Shown piece by piece: positions 13,808 through 25,290 of a stretch of 64,000 nt of DNA (position 1 is its first letter; every line of letters begins with the position of its first letter). The stretch comes from Camelus ferus. Lineage: Eukaryota. The DNA is taken from NCBI RefSeq assembly GCF_009834535.1, contig NC_045696.1, positions 82,400,001-82,464,000 of the forward strand, read 5' to 3'. The notes below the pieces were generated by a model. It did no database searches. It was not told the origin of the DNA and was given only the letters and a program-made list of their open reading frames with translations. A program made the translations under genes and the position numbers.

Positions 13808-14110
13808 AGAGAGAGAGAGAGAGAGGGAGAGAGGAAAGAAACCCAGCTTTCAGGTTTGAAAATAAAAGTGATGATTTCCTGAATACTTTTATTAAACAAC
13901 AACAAAAAGAATGGATGCCTTCTCTTTTCACAATACCTTGGCTCGAGGGCACAGAGGAGTTTGTTTATTATTTCACTTAGAATAGGTGAATTCGCTCTTG
14001 TCCCGAAACTCTTGGAAAGACCAAGCAAAAGACCCGTTCGCTGAGGCGACCGCGACCCCAGGGGTTTTAAAAACCAGAAGGGGAGGCTACTCCAACCGCG
14101 CCTCACTGTC
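13250..14110. promoter_or_regulatory. Weaker CpG-rich patches flanking the polypurine tract
   Basis: Elevated CpG at 13270-13640 and 14020-14105. Confidence 0.6.
13722..13841 (+). repeat. 120-nt pure purine tract with an (AG)35 core
   Basis: Read directly; perfect AG run at 13733-13802. Confidence 0.98.
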
Positions 14111-16437
14111 CTCACCCATGCCCTCTAGAAAAGCTTAAACGACTAAAATCTTTAAAGTTGGGACATCAGCTTTGATTTTCTTTAGTCTTCTATATCCCAT
14201 CCAGTTCCCCTCACAGCCCCCACCCCACCGCTGACCCGCCACGTGGTTTATAATTTCTCAGCAGAAACAACCACCGCAGCTTCACGTACAGGTCCTGTAT
14301 TTAATCTTGGTTTTGATTCCATGGTACCTTCACTTCCTAGAAAATTCCCGGGCACTCCTCTTAACCTCCTCCCTGCAATGGGATCCGGATATAGACCCCC
14401 TGGGGATGAGATGAAAGGAATTAAGTAGAAAAGTGGAGGGGAAGATGGTAACTCCTTTTATTTATTTTTTAACCTCCCGGCAGTGAGAAGGTGAAATGAA
14501 ACATCCTGGACAGAGCCTCCTGTCCAGGGCATTCTTCGGTCCTTAGGGGATTCCACCTCCCCTCCTGGGGGCCAAGAACATTTAGATTCTGATAGCTAGG
14601 AGAGGCTTGATCCTAGGTGCTGCCCCTCTGTCCTCTGTCCTCAGAGAGGGTCCCCAGAAAGTCCCTTAAACTGATCAAAAGCAGCTTCCATGAACTTCTT
14701 GCCAGTCAGTCTAGTGTGTTTCTCTCCCTAGAGATTTTACTCCCTTTGGTGAAATCTCTCAACCTCCATTTCTCTTTTTCCTCTGAGACTCTTTACTGGG
14801 CAGAGAGAAGGCACACCTTCATTTAAACTGAGAGAAGCCAGGGAACTCACAGTCACATGTATAAGCACACTACCTGTATGCACAGGGCAATAGAAATTGT
14901 AGAAGGACTGGACCCTCCACCCACCAATTTGCCTCTAGTCCAGAGGGATGATAGAATTATCCATGTGTGTGGGCACCAGAGTTTTCTCTTTTGGAAGTTG
15001 TTTTACTTTTGTTCTGTGTAACTCCTTCCTTTGCTCTCTGCCATCTCCCCACTTCCCTTCCTAACATTTCAACATTACACATCTGTTTCCCTTGGGACCT
15101 GTAGCTTGGTTCTCCAGGGACTTGTATCTTAATAGCCAAATGCCCCTGGAATTACACAGCTCTGGAGAAACAGAAGTGATGGGCATCCTTGCCTGGGTAA
15201 ATCTTTCAAATTTCAATTTTCTGGAATAAAGATATTTGTGAGCCATTGATACATAATACCCTTTGGGGTTAAACCTTGCTATTTGCTCACTCACACCCCC
15301 AGTCCTAGTTTTGACAACAGGTACAACTGGGCATTCTCAATTATCTTCCTCTCCCCTGCTTTTTGCCAAACTTATGCCCAAGACCTGCTATTCTTTTTCC
15401 TTTAAGTTGAACATCAAGGATGTATTGTTGCAGCACAGAGACAAAAAGGTTGTAATTTTCTTTTATGGTGTCTGGCAGAATTTGCAACAGATATTAATGG
15501 GGACATAAATAGCTCATAGAAGGTATTGGACAAAACTGTTTAATGCAAGGAGGTTGTACCAAGAGAAAATCCATACATAGCTAGGATTGATTCATACCTT
15601 GAATACAGCTAGCTCCTTTAAGAGGTCCCCATTTCTGCGTGCCCACTTCATTGGTAAATCCTGTAATTAAAGGAAATTTCAACAATGTATTTTTAAAGAG
15701 GTGTGTGTGTGTGTGTGTGGAGGGAATCCCTCCTTCGCCTCCTCCTTCTTATGACCCGGGAGGTCGTGGGTTTAAGCGAATGAATGAAATGGCAGGCAGG
15801 CTAAGCTGCAGCAGGAGGCGATGGGGGCAGCGGTGGGGGAGGCCGGAAGGTGACAGCCGACCTCAGGGAAGACAGGAGGTCGTGGATGTCAAATGCCTGA
15901 GACTTCCCGGACCTGGGAATCAAGGATGATCATTACTACTTGATGGGAATAGACCAACTGATATGTTCCAAGGTTGGCAGAAAGTATTGGCATTATAACT
16001 AAAATCAAGAAAGAAACATTTATTCTGCTTTCAGCTCTGAAAGCAGAAGCCGCAATAGCTTCAGTAGCAGTAGCAGCGGCAGCAGTAGATTTCCCGAAGT
16101 TCAGGATGATTCTCACTTTCTCCTGGATCGTTCGCCGAGAGTCCAGTCCTTCTAGATCTTTAGTGTGGGAAAGATTTTAAAAGTCCTCCCCTCCCCCCAC
16201 TTCGTGCTTTTCTCCAAGGACAGTATAGAAAATATCCTGCAATTTATGGTGGGCAAAACGGTAATAGCAGTGATACAGGCTTATTGGTGATTCCAAGACG
16301 AAATCAATCCTCTGCCCGAGTCTTTTCATTCCTTTTTTTTTTTTTTTGGGCGAAGTGTCTGCTCCCCTCTGACTCCCTGCGCTCGCTCCCCGCCCCCCGC
16401 CGCCCTCCCCGTGGCTCCCTTTCTCCGCCTCCTCGGC

Positions 16438-16644
16438 GATTGCCATCTGACAAGATCTCCAAATCAAAGTGATAAATCGCTCCAAACTTTTTTTGGCGGC
16501 GCTGAGATGTTGGAGGGGCGTCTAGCGCGCATGTGCGAAGGTGTCCAAACTGACAATGCTGGAGAGATAGCGAGTGTGGATTGAGAGAAAGGGAGAGAGG
16601 GAGGGAGAGAGTGAAAGAGGGAAAGACAGAGAGTGAGTGTGTGT

Positions 16645-16742
<98 letters not shown>

Positions 16743-16835
16743 CGGAGAGGGAGGGAGAGGGAGAGCAAAAGAAGGAAAAGATCCAAGAAAAAAAAACCCC
16801 AACCACACACCAGCGGCTGCAGGACTGGGCACAGC
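16438..16835 (+). other. MECOM: 5' UTR of MECOM (MDS1) exon 1; 5' end approximate
   Basis: Continuous sequence upstream of the ATG that resembles the human MECOM 5' UTR as recalled (gattgccatctgacaagatc..., GT/GA repeats). The TSS cannot be fixed from sequence alone. Confidence 0.7.
16647..16740 (+). repeat. Compound microsatellite (GT)17(GA)30 in the 5' UTR
   Basis: Read directly: GT run 16647-16680 abuts GA run 16681-16740. Confidence 0.98.
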
Positions 16836-16872
16836 ATGAGATCCAAAGGCAGGGCAAGGAAACTGGCCACAA
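16836..16872 (+). CDS. MECOM: First coding exon (37 nt, MRSKGRARKLAT + 1 nt) of MDS1/EVI1 (PRDM3), the PR-domain isoform of MECOM
   Basis: ATG AGA TCC AAA GGC AGG GCA AGG AAA CTG GCC ACA A followed by gtaggt. The peptide matches the known MDS1/EVI1 N-terminus; the paralog PRDM16 starts MRSKARARKLAK. Lies in a CpG island, with agcATGa context. Confidence 0.96.
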
Positions 16873-17636
16873 GTAGGTGCAATATCCCTTTTCTATTGGC
16901 TTTCCCCCTCCTCTGCCATCTTGCATATCTGTCTCCTGCGCTCCGGGAGGGAGCGCGGGGCTGCCTCTCGCGCCAGGGCCCCGGGTGGAGGGCAGGCACA
17001 GCGCAGCCCCAGCAACCTGCCGGTCCCAGCCTCCGCGCCCCGCCGCCCGCGCTCTCGCTTCTGGTTTGGGCGCCAGAGGAACCGGGGCAGCCCTCAAGCC
17101 CGGTGCACGGACCAGCTGTGGCAACCCCGGGGTGGGGGTGGGGGTGGGGGCAGCAAAGACCGGGGTGGGAGGGAGGAGAGAGCGCGAGAGCGAGCGGGAA
17201 GGGGTGGGGTGGGGGTGGGGGAGAGGAGATGCGAGAGTCTCCCCCTCCCCTCCCCTTCCCCCCAGGCGAAGGAGAGTTGCCTCTGGCCAACCAGCTAGTC
17301 CTGGGTGTGGGAGGGGGAGCGGGGGATGGGGGGGTGGCCTGGGGAAGGGAGCCTTTTCGGGCCACGGTTTGTTTCTGGGGTTTGGGGTGGGTGGCAGGCT
17401 CGGAGGGAGCCACAGTGGCGGCCCAGTGGCGGCGGTAGCGGCGGGTAGCAGTGGTGGAGTTGGGAAAAGTTGAGAGGCGGCCGCTGGAAGTTGCGCGGGC
17501 TGGCGGGCTGCGCCGAGCGGCGGTTGCGGTAGTGGGCGCTGTGCGCTCGGCCGTACTCTCCAGTGTGCGCGGCGCGGCGCGGCAGGAGGACTGGGGTGGG
17601 GACTAGGGGAGACCAGGGTGGAGGCTATAGTCTCGA

Positions 17637-17649
17637 GTGTGTGTGTGTA

Positions 17650-17704
<55 letters not shown>
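17637..17704 (+). repeat. (GT)n microsatellite, slightly interrupted
   Basis: Read directly. Confidence 0.97.
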
Positions 17705-17705
<1 letters not shown>

Positions 17706-18899
17706 GGGGGGACACGGGCAGAGCCGAGCTATCGGCTCCGCAGAGCCGTGGGCAGGTGGGGAGAGAAGAGGCCCCTCGAGCGACTGGAGAACGGGGTGTA
17801 GAGGGCGCGCAGCCAGCAGCGACAGCCGCCGAGGAGAAGGGGGCCGAAAGGGCGCGCTCCGGCCCGCGAGCTCCAGGCTGGCTGGGCGCCGAGTGACCCC
17901 CAGGGGGCGGGCTGTCGGGACACTGGGCCGCGCAGAGGGTACGGCGGAGCCTTCCGCGCTGCTTCTGGACGCAGCCGGGGTCTCGGGTCACTAACCCTCC
18001 CCGGCGCCCCCTGCCTGCCCGGTGTGGAGCCGCCTTGGTCACGCGGGACAAGGGCGCTTGAGTTCCGGGCGGGGGCGGCGGGACTCCCATCCCCCACTCT
18101 TCTCAGAAATGTTGGGCGACTTCGTTGGGCATTGCCCGCCGAGCCTACACAGTTGGAGAATGCGTGAGCCTCAGCTGGGACTGTAGGCGACAGGACTGGG
18201 TTTGTTCAAAAGCTTCTACCTCGAGTCTTAGTTAGGGACCCAGCGGTGCCGAGACCTGGGGCAGTCTGAAGCACTACAAAGTGCTTCTCCGCAAGGTGTC
18301 CGCACATGGGCTCGAGCAGCCTCGGTAAAGGACAGGCCGCCGTTTGCTCTCCCCTCGGCTAAGAACTGAACTCTAATTGTTTTGCTTGGTGGACCAGAGA
18401 AAGGAGAGATGGGGGGGTAGATGGGGGTGGGTGGGTGGGATGTTTTTCCCCAGTGAAATTCCCAGTCTCCTCCACCCCTGCATTTTAAAACCAAGTACGC
18501 CCCATGCCTTCCAGCCTCCGGCGTCTCCGCCGCAGCCACGCGGAAGGCAGCGGCACCTCGGCGGGCTCCGTTTCTTTGGCGATGAGAGTCTGTGGTCTAG
18601 CCCGGCGAGATGCTGTCATCGTAGGCGCCTTTCCAGTGCTTCATCCAGTCCTCACCCAAGCACTCCTTCACTCCCAAATATGTTTCATTTCGCTCGGATC
18701 TCAGGGATCAACCTATATACAGGGCTCTTTGGTTCATCAGTCCATCTTTTTCTCTTTCGGATATTGTTCATTTCACTTTGCTGCGACAGTGTCAAAGCGC
18801 GTCAGTGGAACTCCTGTTTTTTCTGTTCGCTTTTTAAATGAGGCCGATGTCTTTATTTTCATTTGTGGAGGAATAAATGTACATATGCTTGGAGGCCTG

Positions 18900-18926
18900 G
18901 GGGCTCGAATTTCGACTGAAGGTTAG

Positions 18927-18968
<42 letters not shown>

Positions 18969-21130
18969 TTGGGGGCACGGAGCGGGGGTTGAAGAACCGA
19001 TTTCAACTCTGCCTAAGTTGTGAAATGAAAGCTGAACGCTTCGCGCGCCTCTTTGCCTGGTATCCGCCGAAGTGAAAGCAGAACACAAAACCCTTTGAAT
19101 TTTCTTGAGCAACTTTTCCAACTATTTTAATTGCCAAATTGTACGCTGCCGTATTAAAATATTTCCGCACGCACAGCCCACTCAAAATCCGGAAACCGAG
19201 CTTGGTTTCTGATCTGACGATACTTGTCATTCATCCAGTGGGAGACTCATTTATTTTGTTTCTAGTGCCTCTAAGAATGCCGCTACGGCTTTCAGATATC
19301 TAGATACGAACTCCTATGAACTTTTCTTGCTAAGCCTCAGGCTCCCGCTTGCGCTACTCCAGCTGTTGCCATCGCGGCTGCCTTTCTCAGACAGAAGCGC
19401 TGCTTTATGCAATTCTTCAGTTACAACTTAGGTAATAAAGCAAATCATATTAAAACTAAGGATTTTTGTATTTTAAAGCGCTATTTCCTACCCCTGTGTA
19501 GTGTGTGAGTTTCCTAGCGCAAGGCTGTGATAGTCGGTGACCCCTGCTGTGCAATCCAAGGAAAACTTCGAGGCTGTGTCTGCACCGGTTTCTTTCTTTT
19601 TCTGGGCTATGAAAAGGCAGTGTGGCCAGCATACTTAAAAAACAAAACAAAACAAAACATAAAACCTACCTTTCTCGTTGCAAAAGTAAACATTGCAGTG
19701 GAATCAAATCACTTAGACACAGTTGTTTTCTCGATTGCTTGTTATTCTTTTTGTATTTTGCAAATTTCAATGGCCAAGTACAGTCGCGGTCTTGGCTACC
19801 GTACAGGATTACATGAACTCAGATCAGGGACTACAGACCCTGAAAGTACCCGCTGAAGTTAAACTCAGAATGGATGCACAACCTCCTTCCCAACTTGTAG
19901 AGCCTGTTTTTTTCATACAATAGTTAAAACCGATAAATTCGTTGCAAATCATTTGGGAGGAATAAACCATTTCATTAAAAAAATAAAGAAGGGAAAAGCA
20001 AGAAGATTGACATTTGTACTGTCTAAAGCCCTTGGCTTTTATTCCCATTTTTAAGAAAAGAAAACTAAAAGCCAAGCTGACTCTGGCAGCGCCTTGAGGC
20101 TTCCCAGCCTTTTTCTTGGGCGGCTAGGATAGCACCTGGGCCATGCCTGAAATGCCAGTTGCAACTATTTTTCCCTGGTGATGGGAAAGAAGAGAAGTTG
20201 GGTCTGTCCAGCATGTCTAGGACCCGAAACACCGAAGGAACCCCCCTCACCCGCCCCCCCTTCTTTAAAGTGACACCGGCGGGGTTTCAATCACAGCAGT
20301 GAACCAGTTGCAACGACTAACCCCCTTAGCTACCGGCCCCGCAGAAGTCTCGTAAAGACCCAGAAGGCGATGCGATTAGCAAGACCCTGGCAGTGGGGCA
20401 CTTGTTAGTTGTACACTTGATCTCTGTTTAAAAAGAGTCTCTGAAGTAGGTAAGGTAGATGAGGACCCTTCCTCCCGCGCAACCTGTAAGATAATAAAGG
20501 AACCGCAAGCTCAGATTCCAGCCTCCACTCCCCGGATGCCCATCTACTTGCATTTTCCTTCATCCTTAAAAAAACCCAGGTTAAAACACAGAGCTTTGTT
20601 TAAAACATACATTTTATTTGTTCATTTCAGACTGCTTTTGAGGAGGGGAAAAAAAAAAAAACCCGCTTGTCCGACGGAGGCAGAGGCCCCTTCTAGGAAG
20701 GCGGTTTATTTGCCATTACCTGACCATTACCCTGGCTTAGGGCTTCTTTATTGCGTTTGGCACTTGGAGTGCAGTCTTCCTGCAGCATTTCGATGTGTTT
20801 CGCCAAAAAGGAAAAAAAAAACTGTGTTTAGGGGAAGGTTAATAACGCTTTTCATTCGCCCCTCACACTCATCTTCAGCGCTGTGGAAGGGGACGGTTCA
20901 TTAGCTGCAGAGGCAGGACGTCTGGAGAAAAAGACTCCATTTTCAGGTTTTTATTTGTAAGGGCTAAGAAGCCGCAGGTTTGGGTGACGGTGAGCTTGGC
21001 AGCATGTGTAAAAGCGTGCGTGAGTGTGTCTTTTGTGGGGGGTAGCCGGGCTTTCAGACTTTCTGAGCCGGGCCTCTCCTTACTACCCGGGGCGCGGCCT
21101 CCTCCGCAGACATTCAACACGTAGGACACT
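18900..21130. promoter_or_regulatory. Downstream CpG-retaining shore in intron 1
   Basis: CpGs persist at 18900-19400 and 20220-21130 despite moderate GC; they become rare after ~22 kb. Confidence 0.6.
18929..18966 (+). repeat. (GT)19 microsatellite
   Basis: Read directly. Confidence 0.97.
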
Positions 21131-24100
21131 TATTGAATAGAGATTACCCTGTCATTCTACGATATTTTTGCTTTCTTCTTCTTCTTTTTAAGTTGAAGGT
21201 AGTAACTGTGCAAGCAATTTTTCTTTAAACATCTTGTAGTTGGGGAGTTTATTTTATTTCATTTCTGCAAATTGGGGCCAGGGTATCTGAGGCTGCAGAC
21301 GTGGCCTGGGGCAGAAAGGCCACAGCTGGGGACTTCTAACTCCATCCTCCCTGGGCAAGGAGGGCAAAGGAGGGTAAGAGAGCACTGACTTGTTGTCCTA
21401 GACACGCCTGGCCCCATCCCTTCTCTCCCCAAACCACCTCCGTTTTGCCTCTGTTGGAAGTGGGCCCTGAAATGGAGAAACTTGACTTGTCATCTTCTGG
21501 CCACTGGCTCTTACCTTGTTCCCAAGGTACTCAATGCCTGGCAGAGCCCTGCTCCCAAGAGCTGGGTACACCCTTCCACCCTTCATCTCAAAACCCGCCT
21601 TGATGGGGCGTGAAGGTGGCGCTGGGGAAGCCCTAGAGAGGAAGGAGGCAGTGCTTACCCAGAGCGACCCCAAACCTACCCCCTCCAGCTGCTTGGCTCC
21701 TGGCTCCGGAGCTTAGCCCAGAAAGCTTCTTCCCTCTTCAACCTCAGAGGTGCTGTGTGCCTGGTGTGCTGCTTCTCTCAGAGCCGGGTTTTCTTTGATT
21801 GTGTACAGCACATGCAGACACACGCACACACCCTCACACTCACTCATACGTCAGGGGTTCAGGGACACTCAAGTGCAGAGGGCAGACACACTCACTCATT
21901 CACTCTCCCTGGCAGGCCAAGCCCCTTCCTAGCCCCGTGGGGCAGGGGAGAGAGGGGATATGGGGAGGTGGGGTGAAAGGAGACAGTCACATTGTAAGTG
22001 TGTCAGGCACTTTTTTCTGGAGAGGTGGTTAACCCTTCCTGGGCTGGAAGCTGTGGCTCGAGGCACTTTCTAAAAAGCTCTGTAGGGTCTGCTTTTCTTT
22101 TCCGCCAGTTGGCCCCATATGAATCATTAGTTCCCTCTTCATCCATTTGCCAGGGTCCTCTTTCTAAAATTAGATTTTCCCCTTCCCACTCTTTTGGCCT
22201 TCTGAGTTTGCCAGGGAATTCTCAAGGAAATTGGCTGGGTAGTGAGAACAAGTATGAGGAAAAGGCTAAAAAGGGAGACAAACAAATGGAACAAAACAAG
22301 AGAGGGTAGAAAGGAAGAGGGGCAATTTGTTTCTTCTTCTAGATCCCCAGTTTGCACACAGATGGGTATTATTTTTTTCCCCCAGTAAATGAAAAAAGTG
22401 TAATCCTTGTTAATTACCTTTGCTTACACGCCATACAAGAAACTTCAGAGATGTTTCTACATAAGGAAGAAACTGTTTACAAAACTCTTTCAAAAGTGTG
22501 ACATATTGCTCTAGTTCAGCACTAAAAAGCTAAACACACTTACCCTCCTTTGAAGTGCCCTGGCGAGGGCCGCTTGTTTGAGTGCGGTTCAGATATTGCT
22601 GTGGGTATAACTAATGGCCTCTACCTATTTAGCTCAAGTGGGAGGAGAGAAAGGCCTGAATTCCTTGTCCAATGGGTCCCTCTGGAGACTAGGTTCTGGC
22701 TCCTGGCCAGTTCTGTACAATGTCAACATTGAATATTTGAATTCCCAGACTCTATTTAACAAGTTTCTAAATAAATAAACTCATTGTGTGTCTGTGTTTA
22801 AAATTATTTCACCTCTTTCATAAAAGCTACAGCATCTTATTACATTGGCCTTGCAAGTTGATTTAAAAAAAATAAACAACAAACAGAGCTTAAGGCATTT
22901 TAATAGGCAGACCTTCACAATATGTGTGTTTTGCAAAGACCTTCTCTCACGTGTGGCTGGGTAGGTGCTATTTAGAGGAATCTTGGGCTGTTCTGTGTGA
23001 TGTGGTAGTGAATTATGATAAAAAACCAAGCTAAGTTCAGAAAGTCAGTGCGATATTAATCACATCTAAAGCGAGCCCTGACTGTAACTGTACTGTCTTT
23101 AGATATTTGATCATTTTGCCTTCTGGGTCCTATCGGACAGAGCTTCACTGATGTATCCTAAATGGATAGCCATAGAATTCCCCAGTCCATAAGTCCTGGT
23201 AGGTATGGGACTGTGCCCAGATGGAGTTTTGTTTCTGGGCATTTTTTCTTTATCTGTGTCTGTCTTTGTAAGTTGGAAGATGTCATCTTCATATCCTCAT
23301 ATTTCAGTGTGGTTTGAAATGGAGCACATGAATCCTACGTTTTTACTAATCTCTCAACATTTGGACACACACAATATTTTTATGCAGATATGAACATACT
23401 TCTTCTAAGGAAGTACGCACTTACTTTAAAAAAAGGCAATTTCTGGCTCTTTTGAAAGTGTGGCCCCCCATCTGGACTTGTTAGGAAAGAAAGTGGAATT
23501 CACCCTAATTTATGTATATAAAGAACAACATTATTAAAAAGAATGGGATTTGAAAGGGCCCATAGCAAAACCTATAACATTTAGCTGGTAACATGGAGAC
23601 CTCAAAGCCAAGAAAAAAATACCACCAACCCATGCAAACCCTAAAATAGATTACAATGACCTCAGCCATTTTCATTTTCAAAAATAATAGCCATGATTAA
23701 AACTGGGGGAATGTTTTACTTGGAACCATACTCTTCTGCATTATTATAAAAGCTGTTTTGTGGTTAAAAGACTGTTTCATTATAGAAAAAAAAAAAAAAG
23801 AACTGAATTTTTAATCAGATTCCCGACTCTTCAAAAGCTCTCATTCTTGAATTACTTCTTATTTTAATTGTAGTTATTATTCTTATTCATCAGCAAACAT
23901 GTTGCTTTTGGCTTGTATATTTAGCCAGATCCCTGACTACTAACTTTTGAAACAATTCTAAAGGAGAAATTTTATTTAGAGAAGAGATTTTTATTAATTC
24001 CTGTAGTAACACCTGCCTAGGGGTTGCTGACTATCTAACAGGAAGGACCAAAGCTTTCTTAACCTTGTTCAAGAACCTGCATAAAGGAATTAATTTTGTA

Positions 24101-24745
24101 TGTTAAGGCTGTTCAAATTATGACACTTAGGAAAGTCTTCATACATAGCACTTGATGGGCTTTGGCGACGTGCATGCTTATGAAACAAATATTGGTGAGC
24201 AGGAACAAGCCATGTTTTCTGCTCATGATAATTACAAATGTGCTCATCAGAGTTTGAATCTGGCTTCTGATAAATCACTTACATTTTCTGAAGAGGAATT
24301 TTTTAGATATCATCCCCTCCTCCCTGTTCTGTTTTTATCCAGTCTGATTTTTTGAAGTATTTGAATGTTTGTAGTAAGCATTTTGTATGTCTCCTCATAA
24401 ATCATGCCCTCAGGATATATGGAAGTCATATCTAAAATTGGGGCACATCAAAACTGTCTACACCAAGCCAAACTGGGCAGTACGTTTATTTTGGAAACTC
24501 GGGAATCTTCCTTTGCCCTTTTTGGGGGAGGGGAGGGGCACGATGTGAATAAAGAGATTGAGATGTCAGCATTGCTCCACAGGTGTTGGCACTGTATGCA
24601 CACAGCCTAAATTTAGTTGTGCAGGTGCTCTGATGGTCATGATCCCTCATGTGTGAAAAGTTTTCTTTTAAGGGAATGAGTTTTGTAAGTCACTTTACTA
24701 CTCTAGCTGAGTTGCTCTTCTCTGAATGCGGGGATTGGACTAGAG

Positions 24746-25138
24746 CAGTGCTTGTAAACTCAAATGCCTAGAGGAATTGACATGTACAATACAACAAATG
24801 CGTGAGGCAAGGTGGTATAAGCACTAAGCACTCTTATTTTTATTTAAAATTTTGACACCCAGCCTTTGTGCTCCAGAACAGGAGGCAGCAGTTGGGACTG
24901 TGACAAGCCAGGAGTTGAAGCCTTTTCTAAAGCTAACTGCTGCTCTTTGGGAAAGGGGGCCCAGGGCTGCTAGGTCTTCCAGTTTTTCAGAGAAGCTGCA
25001 TATCTGGATTGTTCTGTGAATTTTCTCTACTTGAAAATGTTGACTCAGTTTAAACAACAACAAACAACATTCTGCAGGCCCAAGCAAACACCTCTGTCTG
25101 TCCTGTATAGTTCACGGACCAAGGTTTTGCAATGTCTG
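24746..25138 (+). mobile_element. MER102-like hAT-Charlie element inserted in a MIR3-like tail
   Basis: cagtgcttgtaaactcaaatgcc...tttttcagagaagc...ttgcaatgtctg, with an imperfect 8-bp TSD gactagag / gactaaat. Confidence 0.75.
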
Positions 25139-25256
25139 GACTAAATGATTTCCAAAAGTCCTTCAAAGTTCCAACATTTTATGATATCCACAAGGCTTCC
25201 TGAATATTACCTTGTATTTTTAAGATCTATATCTTCCTCCTCCCCCCCAAAGTTAA

Positions 25257-25290
25257 TGTGTGTGTGTGTGTGTGTGTGGTGTGTGTGTGT
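25257..25290 (+). repeat. (TG)n microsatellite, interrupted
   Basis: Read directly. Confidence 0.93.

Larger units (their letters stand above)
16270..18700. promoter_or_regulatory. Main CpG island / TATA-less MDS1 promoter extending into intron 1
   Basis: High GC and CpG density. GC boxes (ccccgcccc 16388-16396) and an NRF1-like GCGCATGTGC (16527-16536). The + strand switches from C-rich to G-rich across the presumed TSS. Confidence 0.9.

Noticed and set aside
14505..14528. 9-bp hairpin cctggacag/ctgtccagg
   Set aside because: Too short for a miRNA or other structured RNA; expected by chance in 64 kb.
15974..16180. Alanine-rich ORF over a (GCA/GTA)n tract upstream of the TSS
   Set aside because: Short cryptic triplet repeat, non-ATG start, no splice or homology support.
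16836..17438. 200-aa ORF starting at the MECOM ATG
   Set aside because: Only the first 12 codons match MDS1/EVI1; the rest is read-through past the donor at 16873 into GC-rich intron.
16304..18090. Long minus-strand ORFs (369 and 522 aa)
   Set aside because: Products of stop-poor CpG-island and dinucleotide-repeat sequence (HTHT, SLSL runs); no recognisable domain.
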